64,000 nt of DNA from Callorhinchus milii (lineage: Eukaryota): positions 186,001 to 250,000 of the forward strand of contig NW_024704793.1 in assembly GCF_018977255.1 (NCBI RefSeq), in the 5' to 3' direction. Positions 1 through 13,200 of this stretch are shown here, one piece after another (within the stretch, counting starts at the first letter, position 1; each line of letters opens with the position of its first letter). The notes below the pieces were generated by a model. It was given only the letters and a program-made list of their open reading frames with translations. It ran no database searches and was not told the DNA's origin. Position numbers and translations under genes: made by a program.

Positions 1-841
1 GCGTGCATGTGTGTAAGGGAGCTGTGTATGGGATGGGGACTAGGTCTGTGTGAGTCGGATGAGTGTACTGGGTGTACGTTTATGTGAGTGGGAGGCTGTG
101 TTTGAGTTTGCGAGATGCTGTTTGGAAGTTTGTGTGTGTGGTCAGATGTTGGGGCTGTAGGTGGGTGGCTGTATGTGGAGTGCTGTGTAATGTGGGTATG
201 TGGGTGGGGCAGTCTGCGGGACGTCTGTGTGTGGGCGTTCTGTTTGTGGCGGTGGCTGTGTGTGTGAGTGGTGAGGCGTGTTTGGGGGGGACGCTGTGTG
301 AGGGGCTGTGCATGTGGATTTATGTAGGTGGCTGAGTATGCACAATTGTATGTGGGGATGTTTGGAGGGGGCTGTGTGTGGGGACTGGTGTGTGGGGGGT
401 TGCGGTTGGGGCTTGTTATGTGTATCTATGGAAGGGGTGTTGTGCGTGTGAGGTCTGTGTGTATGATGGTGTCTGTTGGTGATGCGGGGGCGTCTGTGTG
501 TGGGGGATCTGTGTGTGGGGTTGTCTGTGTGTTGGGTGTCTGTGTGTCGGTGCTCTGTGTGTGTGTGTGTGTGTGGGGTGGTTGTCTGAGCGGGTTCGGT
601 GTGTGGGGCGTCTGTGTGAGTGGGGGCAGGTGTGTGGTTTGACTGTGCGTGAGGTGCTGTATGTTTGTTGACTGTATGCGTGGTGCTCTGTGGTGGGGTT
701 GTGTGTGGGCGCCGATGTGCGTTTGTTGGGGGCTGAGTTTGTCTGTGTGCATAGTCGTGCTGTGTGTGTGGTGGTGGTGGTGAGTGGGTGGGGTGACGGA
801 GTTCTGTGTGTTTGTGTGTGTGTGTGTATGTGTGTGTTTGT
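1..841. repeat. Degenerate (GT)n low-complexity tract
   Basis: GT/GTG-rich; ORFs here are V/C- or H/T-rich artefacts. Confidence 0.9.
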
Positions 842-1108
842 TAGCGCCCGATGACTATCAGAGGAGTACTGGGAGCGTCTGTTTTGTTCAAATCGTCGTC
901 CTTCCAAAGATAAGTCCTCTCTGCGCTGATCTGAGATTTCAGAATCAGTTCCTCCAGTATCCAAACCTAAAATGTTTGAACTAATTTCCTCATTTACTTG
1001 CAAACTGTTGGCAACTAATCAAACTGGACAGCCATTCCCTGTGTTGTTATGTGACGATCTGAACGCTGTATCAGGATACATCTCATTACTATCTGTTTCA
1101 CTTCACAG

Positions 1109-1231
1109 GTGATTTGTGGGGGTAGAAGGGTGGGGAGAGGCTGGTGTGTTGAACACCTGGAATCACCATGGCCCATGCTCTCAATCCTGACACACCACCG
1201 ACAGCTCATGAAGTGCATCAAACTGAGACAG
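1109..1231 (+). CDS. NLR first coding exon (5' UTR plus [21 protein letters not shown]), GC donor
   Basis: Acceptor cttcacag| at 1108, Kozak caccATGG at 1168, ends ACAG|gcaagt in phase 1, matching the next exon (G+GT TTA AAT = GLN). Confidence 0.7.
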
Positions 1232-4200
1232 GCAAGTTCATAAAATCCACTCACATTGATACAGTAACAGGAGCTGTCCACCGTTTAGAATAATAATGAT
1301 CCTTCCATTACTTATTGCGATTTGTTACACTATCAAGACATCTGAAAGCGGAAATACTGCAAAAGTGTGCATTCACTGTGCATTGTGTGAGCGAAACCAT
1401 TTGGTGCAACAATGAGCAACGCGGTCAACTTGTTCACATTGCGAGTTGTTTGGATCTGCCATCCATTGCCAGAAATGGGATGGAAGCCGATCCGTTAACA
1501 ACATTGAAGAGGCAAGTAGATAATTGTTTGGGGAGGATAAGATTCCACGTCTATGGTGAGAGCTCGGGAGAATGTGATATGTTTGGACAGCTCTTTTTTG
1601 AAAGACACCATAGGTCCAATGGCCTCCTTCTCAGTTGCCGAATTCGATGATTCTATGAATGTCCCACAAACAGCAATGGAGTGAGTGACTAATTTTGTTC
1701 TGGGGATTGTTGACCAGGGCAGTGGGTGTAACTTCCTTCCAATTTGGAATAGCGACACGTTATTATTAACATCCACCCGAAAAATCAGTTGAGACATCCG
1801 TTTGTCGCTTTGGAGTCTCAGGTTAGACAAGTTAATTTTAATTCCTGATGTGGGACTTGAACGTCAAACTTTCAGATTCAGTGGTGAATGAGCTGCCACT
1901 TATCCAAGATGCCATATCATAATAATCGTAATATAATGCTTGCATTTGCACATAGTGATGAATCATGAAACATGTTTACGTTATTAACGTTATTATGTTA
2001 TGAAATTAATTGTGATATCTGACTTGTGTCCGATAGGTTTAAATGATTCATTCTACGAGACGCTCGCCATGTACAACGGATACCAACTGTTCAAACTTAC
2101 TCAGTTCTACCGGGACAGAATAGAACAGGCCATTGAGGAAGAAGTGGAGGCTGTCAGCTTAATACTGACAAGGAAGAAATATTTCAGCCAGCAGGAACAT
2201 CAAGTAAGTGGTCAGATGGACATATTTTATTGGACTTCCACCTTCTAATCCTATGTGATATATGTCTGAGCGTTCGTTGTGCAAAGTGTTTCAATTCAAC
2301 TTATTACAATACATTACAGTCTTCATTTTTATTGCATCTTTCACATTGGGTAGACACTCAAAGTGCTTTGCAATGACAGCTGGGCATGCGATCTGGACCG
2401 AGACCTGGAGAGGGTGGTGAGGTAAAGTAAACCGAACACAAGGTAAAAGAAGCGGGTTTGAGCACAGGAAGTGAGGGAGCGAGTGATAGTTACTCCAGCA
2501 TGGGGGGAAGGAGTTGGAGGGACTCCAGGTTGATGCAAGAAATCAATGTTAAACGTCACTGTGAAAACTTGCTATACGTTTGTTCCTTTGGAAACTTTCC
2601 CGATGGTGCAGTGGCTGAAGCTCCAGCTCACGGTGTTTGACAGGCGGTGTTTGAGGAGACAACAGTTAGAAGTTTACTCTTCAGTAAACTCACTGCCATG
2701 TGTCACATGTGAACAATGACAATTGGGGCGAGTATCGAGGGGCAATCTTGGCCTGGAGGATCTCAACCGGCATGACCACACCATGATGAAACTCGCCATT
2801 TCCTGATCACAAGCAGAGCTCACTTTTCACTGCACTCTTCAATGTACTTATGCTCACTCTCTGCAGAAACTCACTGAGCTCACACACAATGGGCGGAAAA
2901 GAAAAAGCTCCAAACTTCTTCTGAACCTGGTGCTGGGGAAAGGTTCCCGGGCACAGAGATTGCCGTGGGAATCCTTTGTGGAAATGAAACACAGTTTACC
3001 CAAACTGCAGAAAATAATAACTGAAATACAGGTGCAAGGTAGCGTGTATTTTATAATGGATCGATTCCCAAATCAATTACGCATTATACAGAAATTGCCG
3101 CGATACGTCATTCGCTGAAACTAATATTCTATACACACAGGTGTCAGTCTAGTAAACCATGTGATGATTGACCGACGTGTACCAAAAGTACACAGCAATG
3201 TGGAAGGTATGTGATCAGCTCATGGTGAAACCAATGGATTCATTTGTGAAATGCAGAGCTTGAATTTTTTGCCACATTATCTGAGATTTTCAGAAGCTAA
3301 AAAATAATCCTGCAGGGAAACGGGAGGGGACATCAATTTGATTTTGCTTTTCCTCTGCTTGACACCCGTTCCAGGTTTAACATCTTCCAGTTTACAACTC
3401 ATCCGTAATTCAACCCCATCCCTACACACACTAAAGCGATTGGCTTGAAGATGCACACTTTCACCATGATATGCTAACACACTTCCACTCCTAACTCTCC
3501 CTGTGACTAATGAAACTCCTTCTAATGCGCACCTCCCCCGTGAACAATCTGTGCATCTATCTGTGTTAAAAGCGCTTCTCAATTCCAGCTCTGTAAATGT
3601 GTCTCCACCGTTCGCATTACCGTTCCAACTCAAAATTCCTGCAATGTTGAGAATCTGCCGTTTGCTCGGTGCTGTGAATAACCTTATGTGTGAATGCTAT
3701 GATTGAAGAATTCCAGCGACTGCACAAGGAGTCGTTACAGAAACAATTCGAAAGACTGGAAGTGAAGACCATCCTGGTAAAGGAGGAGGTGAAGGAGTTT
3801 CAACTGGTTGATCGCTACACTGAGTTAACAATCATTTCTGATCTCCGTCACCGCAAACTGGTCGAACATGAGCTGCTGGCCAGAGGCAGAGACCACGAGG
3901 AGTGGAGGCAGAAGCATCTCCGGGGAGAGCTGGAAAAAATCCGAACTGATAAACTGTTCCACAGCAGCTTCACGAAAGGAAGTCATTTACTTTCCTGCCA
4001 GGGAAGCGGTTCTAACACTCCCGCAGGGACTTCCACAGTCGTGAGTGGAGTAGCAGGGATTGGAAAAACAACCATGGTGCAAAAGATTGTCCACGACTGG
4101 GCCACAGGAAAAATCTATCCTCAGTTTCACTTCGTTTTTATTTTTAAATTTCGAAACCTAAACACTCTTAACTGCAGAATAACCCTGAGGCAACTAATCC

Positions 4201-7200
4201 TGGATGAGTATCCTTACCTCAGGGATGCGCTGGAGGAGCTGTGGAAACACTCAGAGAGATTGTTGTTTATATTTGATGGTTTGGATGAGTTCAGGGCAGG
4301 GATTGATTTCGCTGACAAACGGAGAGCAACAGAGCCTCAACACATGTGCTCAGACACTGAATTCTGGTGTGAGGTGTCTGACATTGTGTACAGTTTAATA
4401 CAGAAAAGGCTGCTGCCAGGATGCTCAGTGCTGGTGACTAGTCGCCCCACTGCCTTACATTTACTGGCAAAGGCTCAGGTCAGTGTCTGGGCTGAAATCC
4501 TGGGATTTGTAGGTGAAGAGAGAAGGGGATATTTTCAGAAGTTCTTTGACGATCAGGGGGTGGCGGCTGCTGTTTACAGCCACGTGGAGGATAACGAGCT
4601 CCTGTTCACCATGTGCTACAACCCGTCGTATTGCTGGATCCTCGCTCTGTCTCTGCGTCCCTTCTTTACACGGAAACAGAGCAACAAACAGCAAGTTCCC
4701 ACGACAATAACACAACTCTTCTCCTATTATATTTACCATATTCTAAAACATCACACTGTAGAAATGGAAATCCCCCGTGATGTGATCATGAAGATTGGTG
4801 CCATGGCCTTAAAAGGCGTCTCCCAGAGAAACATTGTCTTTAGTAATGAAGATCTTATCCAGTCTGACCTCCAACCATCCCAGTTCCTCTCTGGCTTTCT
4901 CACGGAACTTGTGGAGAGAGAGAATTCAGAGCATTGTTTGCTCTACACATTCCCGCACCTCACCATCCAGGAGTTTGTAGCGGCACTCGATGAGTTCCTG
5001 TGTCCAGATCCAAGAACCATCAGAATATGTCTGGATGATGCTGAAAGGGTGGAGGACGGTCGGTTTGAGATATTTCTGCGCTTTGTTGCGGGTCTCTCCT
5101 CCCCACGGGCAGCTCAGCCACTGGAGGATCTTCTGGGCCCATTTGTCCATCAGACAACCTGCACGGTAATCGATTGGCTGAAGGAGAAGGTTAAAGCTCA
5201 AGTGGGAGATACAAAGACAGTTACTGGGAAACGGAAGCTGCTCAACACCCTCCACTACCTGTTTGAATCTCAGAATCAAGCCCTGGCACATCTCACATTG
5301 GGAAGTGTACAAACACTCACAATAGGTGATCCTTTTCCAGAAACAGCATTGCGACTGGCACCCATAGACTGTGTCGTGCTGTGTCAGGCCATTGGTCTGT
5401 GTGACACAATAAATCTACTGGACCTGACCAGCTGCTACATCCAGGATGAGGGACTCCAGCGTTTGGTTCCTGCTCTGCACAAGTGTCAGGAGCTGTGGTA
5501 AGTTTGCTCATATCATTTGTAACTATTATCCTTCCCATTTCACAGCCATCTACAGCACTTAGCTGGCATTAAAAGCGAGCTGATCAATGGGAGAAATGTA
5601 TTACACCGCAGGAGGCGAACATTGGCTGACACGATGCTGAAAGTCACGACACCACAATCCTGCACTGGGGTAATGTGAAGTGAATGGCTCACATTTCACT
5701 GCGCACCTGCCTGGTCAACACCTTGACCGCTTTGGTTACATTTGCATCTTGCTGATGTTATTGGGAATGATTCCTGACACCCTGTTGGAATACTGATCTT
5801 ATTCTCTATATTCTCAGGTAAAAGCAGGTCAGACAGAATGGCGCTTGCACTCAGAGATGTAATTCAGCAGTTCTGCTTTTTCCATCCAGGAATGGTTCTC
5901 GTGAACACAACGTCTCTGGCACTTGGAAACGCTTCTAAACTCCAATCCTCGAAATTTCCCTCCAGCGCATGCCCACAGGAATCACTCTCCTAATCTTTGT
6001 AGTTAAGCCGGAGTCTTTGCTTCTCCCCCCGGCAGCAGCGCCTCGCCGTGCTGTATTCCAGGGCCAATGAACCTTCTGAGGGCTCGAGCACCACTTTTTT
6101 CCAGGAGCAGCTACGTACTTTCTCTAATAAACTAGTTAGGAATCCATTGCAATATAATTCAATACAAACTTATGCCCATCACACTGAAGGCAGTCTGACA
6201 GATGCAATTTCCACCCTCTCTGGTTAAGAGTCTCCATTTCCAGCTCCTTAGATCTACCAGCCACAGTGGTTGGGTTTTCCGGGTCTGGAGCTCACAATCT
6301 TTGGAGAACAAGAGAATATAGACACAAATATTACCCTGTGTCTGGGATAACAGGCCGTGATGGCAGAAGCCAAGACATTAGCCTCACTCACCCACTCAGT
6401 GGTACAGTGCTGCTGGAATAGACGAAATGCAAGCTGTTCATGCAGAGAAGCTTGGTACATCCATCAGTCTATCAAGTCTTTGAAAAAGCTTCTCCACGAC
6501 AGACCTGACCTGAACTTGTGGTCAGTTTTCTCCTCGCCCAAGCCCCAGAGTGAATGTCGTGGAGACTGTCAGACTCACAGCATTATACACACTCACACAC
6601 TTCCCCTTGTCAACCAGCTGGGCACCCAACAGGCAGTAGCTGGTGTCCATCAATGAGAGGAAGCGACTCCCTCCAGCCATTGGGTGCTTGTGAAGGTTAC
6701 ACACTCGCTCGCTTGACTGCGAGCCTGACAGCCTGTGGCCTGGCTTCCCATGGCATGAGCAGCCGTCCATAGCACCAGCTGATCCCACTTCCCTTTCCTC
6801 ACTCCCTGGCCACGTACAATGTTATAACGGACTCTGATTGCATGCAGTCACGAAGGCTGGTAACCTATGCGGTGGGCCTGTAAAGCTTGACGACTTGCAG
6901 CAAAAGCAACAATAACATTATATTTGTGTAGCGCCTTTAACATTGGGAGGAAGTCCCAAGGCGCTGTCAGTCAAGGTTTCGTACCCGAGGCTCGGGTTTG
7001 GGATTGGGGAGGATGGAGGAAATTGGGGAACGTACGGTGATCGAATGCACGATCGAAGAGGAGGCGTTTTGAGGCACCTTTAAAGATGCGTGGAGGCGAT
7101 GAGGCAGGGAGACTGTGCGATGGAGTTTCAGACGGTGAAGGCATATTGGCTGAAGGCCCGCCCACGATTCGTGGAGCGGCCGAGGCGGGGGCCGTGAAGC

Positions 7201-10200
7201 ATTCCCGAGTTCGCTGAGCGTAGGTATGGGGTTGGAGGTTGGACAGTTAATGGAGGGCTTTGAAAAAGAGGACCAGGAACTTGAACTGTATCCTATCTGT
7301 GATATCAATCAAACGGAATCGGGTAAGGATGGGCGAGATAGAGTTACGGAGCTTGTTGCGCAATAAGAAATGGGCTGCAGTGTTCTGGATGATCTGAAGA
7401 CTATGGATGGAAGAGTTGGAGAGGCCGACAAGAAGGGAGTTTCATTTGTCAAGCCTGGATGTCATGAATGCTTACAGTGCAGAAAGCATCAACTGGGAAA
7501 TTGGTGTTGTACTGGGGGAGTGATCAATCACCCTTTACTGTGTTACACACAGGGGCTGACGGAGCTCCTAGGAAGTCTATTCTGCTCTGGATGGCAGCAA
7601 TCGGTGCACTGTCTGCCCTGAGTACAGGCAATGGAATCCTGTGGCCGGGATACATGGGCCGGAGGAGACGGCCATTGAGTGCGGGGAGTGAGTGCTGTTG
7701 AGTGCGGGAAGTGAGTGCTGTTGAGTGCGGGAAGTGAGTGCTGTGGGGTCTGAACTCCTTAAACCAGAGTTGGAGAAAGGCTGAGAGTTGGCAGGAAATG
7801 CAAACCATGTTCCTGCATCACTGTGGTTTGTGTAAGGGAGGAACTGGTGTTTACCAACTTTAACAACTTGTCCACTCCCTCCGCTGTTTTTCCACATCAA
7901 ACTTGCCTTCGGCATACGGGCAGTCCTCAGGTCCTCCACCCTCAGTGGCCTTCTCGTGTCACACGCCCCCTGCCTTCAAAGACAGTCTGAAAATCTTCCT
8001 CTTTTAACGAAATTTCGGTCATCCTCACTCCCGTATCCCCTGCTCTCCAACTCTCTCTGATCCCATCTCAGAGATTGGGGACAAGTCCGTCATGTTTCAG
8101 CGCATTGGAAGATGGGGACAAGTCCTACATACCGCATTGGGACGTATGCTAAAAACTGGAATATTTTGTGTTTGCCACATGAAAGGTGCTAAAAACTGGA
8201 ATATTTTGTGTTTGCCATGATAATGGTGGCCGCTTACAAATATCCTACGTTAATGTAACGTTAAATGGCATCTATTGTGTGAATCTACCGAGAATTAGGA
8301 AAGCTCTCTATGAGTAAACTTTCGCATGTGCCTGACACTAGTCCCAGCTCCGTGGGACACAGAGATCTCAATTTGTATTGCAGTGTTGCACTCTATCCAC
8401 TGTGTTTCTGTCTCTGTGTCCAGGCTGAAGTACAATAATCTGGGAGAGTTTGGAGTGAAGCGACTGTGTGAGGCTCTTAGGAAACCGGACGGTAAAATAC
8501 AGAGACTGGAGTAAGTAACAGACTGAGCAGTTTAATCACCCGAGACAAAGCTGAATGGCATCCAGTGGCCTTAGGCGCGCACACAACATGGTCTCTGATA
8601 GATAATAGACAGGGTCGGTATCCTCTCATTTCCCCATGCTCCCCCTCACAGTACCCCTGTGCTGCCCCGCCGTCCTCACATCAGTCTGCTCAGCCCAGCA
8701 CTGAAGACACTGAAAATATTTCTCCACATCAGCCTCGGCATGCGGCCAGGCCTCAGGTCCTCCTCCCTCAAGCCCAGAGTGAATGGCCTGGAGGCAGGTA
8801 GCCTCACAGTTTTATACCCATGTGCACACGTTCCTTGTCAAATAAATGAGACCCCAACAGGCAGGAGATGGTGTCCATCATTTGGAGGATGAGACTCAGT
8901 CCAGCCACTCACTGATTGACCACACTCGCTCACTCGACTCGGTGAACCTGACGGCATGTGGCCCGTCTACTCAAGGTCTGAACAGCCTTCTATATTATTA
9001 TCTGGTTCCAATGTCCTGTCCTCACATTCAGGTCACTTGCATTGATGTAATGTGTTCTGGATACCGGCCTGTGGAAGGTGATAAGCCATTCTCAGGATGT
9101 TACCGTTTGACTGTGATTCCGTCTTCCTCCCAAACCAATCCCCTGCTCTCCACCCCTCTCTGATCCCACCGCCCGGCTCGGGTGTTAACCCCTCATTGAC
9201 CAGCGCTTTGGTATGCTAAAAAGGGAATTTTTTTTTAGATGTTGTTTTCATAGAGATTGGTGGCCTCGCAATCCTTCGTGTGTGTCTGACCCTATTCTCA
9301 GCGCCTTGTTCATGTTCCCATGTGAAAGGCTACTTCATAAACATAGCAATTTGTTTTGTACTGTCATACTATATTCACCGACCCTCTTCTCTCTGTGTGT
9401 CCAGGCTGGGAGGCAATAACCTGGGAGATTCTGGAGTGAAGCGACTGTGCGAGGCTCTGAGGAACCCGGAGTGTAAAATACAGAGCCTGGGGTAAGTATC
9501 ACACTGTTGACTTGGTGTCATTTACTGTCTGAACACAGAAAATTATATCCCGAGCTGTGAGATCCTGAAAGCTACAAGGACCGGTTTAGCGATAGGAAGT
9601 GAGGGTGAAATGAGTTAGAGCAGAGATTCTTCTCAGCTCCTGTTACGCCCTGTCAGATACAGGTTTTGCAGGTTGGAATGGTATCCGAGCCGGAAAACAG
9701 TGAGATGTTTCCCAGACAGAGCTCTCACAGGGGTCGTTTGCATCTTTATCTGGTTAAGCTCCAGCAGTCACACCACCCACGCCCAACAGACTCTATGCGT
9801 CCCTAAGCCTCGAATTATACCAACCAACACCCAAAACTGCAATCTTTCATGTATGTGTCTGATCCACACACAGCGACATTGTAATAACAAGAATAAAACA
9901 TTTCATTTGCCCAATACATTCACAGTGTTTGTAGCAGTAGACAATATTCTGATCCCTGTTATGTTTCCGAGTCTCTGATCTCCAGGCTGTGTGACAGATA
10001 ATGATAAATACTGCGCTTTCTCTGATCCCTGTTACTTCTCTGTGTTTCTGATCTCCAGTTTGCAGGATAACAGACTGACAGCTGATTGTGCCGATGATCT
10101 CGCCTCCGCTCTTAATACAAACCGCTCACCGACGGAGCTGTACATGAATAATAATAAACTGGGAGACACTGGAGTGAAGCGACTGTGTGAGGCTCTGAGG

Positions 10201-13200
10201 GACCCGGAGTGTAAAGTACAGATTCTGGAGTAAGTAACTCACAGTGTCTGCAGACTCTGAATGACTCAAATATTGCAATGAGTTTATTCTCACTGTCCGA
10301 TCAGTGAGGATGAATATTGTGACAGGAATCGGTGTGAAAGTGTGAGGTCACAAGTCATCTTTTAGTTCAATGCATCGACATTCATTGCTAAGATGAAACG
10401 CCAGTTGCAGTGACATGTGAACAGTCACAGCTCCGATCGCAAATCTCGCCCAAGCCCCAAACCATCTCCAACTTTATTTAATCCCAAAGCTCCTGCCGTG
10501 GTCCCGCTAATCCCTCCACACGTTCTGGATTTGCAGTTGTGTTACCAGCCGTGTGCCTGACATACACAGAAGCATCTGATCATGCTGAACAGTCTCCAAA
10601 CCAACCTATTGATAGGTACACATGTGACTGGAGATTGTGTGATTGAAATGGAGGCACATTCTCTCCCCTGTGGGACACACTCAGCTCACCTCATCCCCCA
10701 TTATTAGGAGCAAGTTGGCAAGAGGCAAGGCTGCATAGTGTATGTGTGTTTATGTGTGTGCTTGTGTGTGAATGTATGTTTGTGTATGTTCGTGTGTGTT
10801 GCTTTGGGTATGTTGCTTTGTGTGTCTTTTGTATGTGTGTTTGTATGTTTCTATGTGTGTGTATATATCTGTTGGATTGTGCGAATATGTGATTATCCGT
10901 GTCTGTATGGTGTGGGTGTTTGTTTGTGTGTATGTACGTATGTGCGGTGCGTATGTATGTGTTTTGTGTTTCTCGGTTTGTGTTTGTGTTTATTTTATAT
11001 TTATATTTTTGTGAAACTGTGTCTGCGTATGTATGTCCTTTTATGATTCCGTTCGTGTTTATGTGTGTATATTGTGTGTGCCTTTGTTGGTTTGTGTATG
11101 TGCGGTGTGTGTTTCAGAGTGTTTGTGTGTATCTTGCTTGTGGATGTACATGTTTAAATGTGTTTAGGTGTGTGTATAAATGTGCGTGTGATGTTTTTGT
11201 GCGTGTTTCTCTGCGCATGTGTTTGTGTTGTTTTTTATGCTTGTGTTTGTGGGTTTATGTGTACATATGTGTGTGTGTTTATAGTTACATGTGTGTGAGT
11301 GTGTGCGCGCACATCTTCCATGGGTGACAGCCTGCAGTTAACTACAGTGGTTTATACACACTGGGTTTACTCTGATCCCTGTCATGTGTCTGTGTCTCTG
11401 ATCTATGTCTATATAGTAAACAATAATAAACACTCTTTTTTCTGGTACCTGTTATTTCTCTGTCTCTCTGATCTCCCCGGCTGTATAGTAAGCACCAACA
11501 AATACTGAATTTCCTGTGATCCATGTTGTTTCTCTGTGTTTTCGATATCAAGGCTGAAAAGTAACAATCTGACAGCTGATTGTACCGAGGCACTGGCCTC
11601 CGTCCTCAGCACAAACCACTCACTGACGGAGCTGGGCCTGCGGAGTAATGCACTGGGAGATTCTGGAGTGAAGCGACTGTGTGCGGCTCTCAGGAAAACG
11701 GCGTGTAAGTTACAGACACTGAGGTAAGTAACACACTGTACCTCCAGAGTCTGCAAGAGTCCAATATCTCAACAGTGGTATTGTTGCTGTCTGACCAGTG
11801 CAGCTAAATATTGTGATAGGAGTTGGTGTGACAGTGTGAGCCCACAGTCATCGCTTAGATCAAACTCTCAACACTCATCAGAAAGCCTCACATTAATTAG
11901 TAAGAGGCAAAGCATTTGGACCATAAATTTGCTTTGATGTACCATTTGGATGTTCATCTATTGATCACTGTGTGGATAGCTTCCCACCGCCTATCCTACT
12001 TGAACACCCTCCCGGCCAGGGCTATGATTTTATGATTAACAGAAGCTGAGACTAAAAACTCTATGCCCCAGTGACTGGTCTGTGATTCCATGTCCTGCCA
12101 ATGAGCCAGACCTTGGAATACCGAGGATCTGCTTGGCTCACTGAATGGACGAGAGAGCATCCCATAGGCTCCGTTACATTCGGAAACTCCATTCCTGGTG
12201 ATCTCACATTCAAGCCCACTGATCCCATGGAGACGGACTTTCCTCATCCCCAGGAAAATTTGTCTCCATCAACAGGGGAGGGGAATCTTTCCATCGACTG
12301 GGCGACTCTGTGATGGAAGTTTCTCAAAACTTCTCTCTTGAACTATGTTGATATCTGTAAAGCCCTCTGAGACCCCTCGCTTGTGGCAGGGCCTGTCTGA
12401 GGGTTGTTTCCATCTCTGTATCAACTTGTGGCCACTGGCGCCGCTTCCTTGCGTGTTTACCGGTGTGTAGTGAGTCACAGTTGATTATAGGTACTGTGTT
12501 TCTTCTGATCCCTGTTATGTCTCTGTGTCTCTGATCTCCAGGCTGCAGGATAACAGTCTGACATCTGAATGTACCGAGGATCTGGCCTCCGCTCTAATCA
12601 CAAACCACTCAATGACGGAGCTGAACCTGTACAACAATAAACTGGGAGATTCTGGAGTGAAGCGACTATGTGTGGCTCTGAGGAACCCGGAGTGTAAAGT
12701 ACAGATACTGAGGTAAGTAACTCACCGTGTCTCCGTGTGTCATGTATGTATGTGTGTCTATGAGCGTGTGTGTGATTATGTGTTTGTGCGTGTGAGTTTG
12801 TGTTTGTATGTGTGAGTATGTGTTTATGTGTGTCAGTGTGTATGTTTGTTGTGTGAGTATNNNNNNNNNNNNNNNNNNNNNNNNNNNNNNNNNNNNNNNN
12901 NNNNNNNNNNNNNNNNNNNNNNNNNNNNNNNNNNNNNNNNNNNNNNNNNNNNNNNNNNNNNNNNNNNNNNNNNNNNNNNNNNNNNNNNNNNNNNNNNNNN
13001 NNNNNNNNNNNNNNNNNNNNNNNNNNNNNNNNNNNNNNNNNNNNNNNNNNNNNNNNNNNNNNNNNNNNNNNNNNNNNNNNNNNNNNNNNNNNTGTGTGTG
13101 TCCGTGAGTATATTTTTGTGCATTCTTGCACTCCTGCAACCTGCAACATCCCTGAACTGCAGACCTCCTTTCAATCTATCCGCCACCCCACTCAGCGGGC

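Noticed and set aside
63-1003. ORFs of 67-195 aa rich in V/C or H/T (also 10738-11327 and 12598-13418)
   Set aside because: Translations of GT/CA microsatellites and N runs
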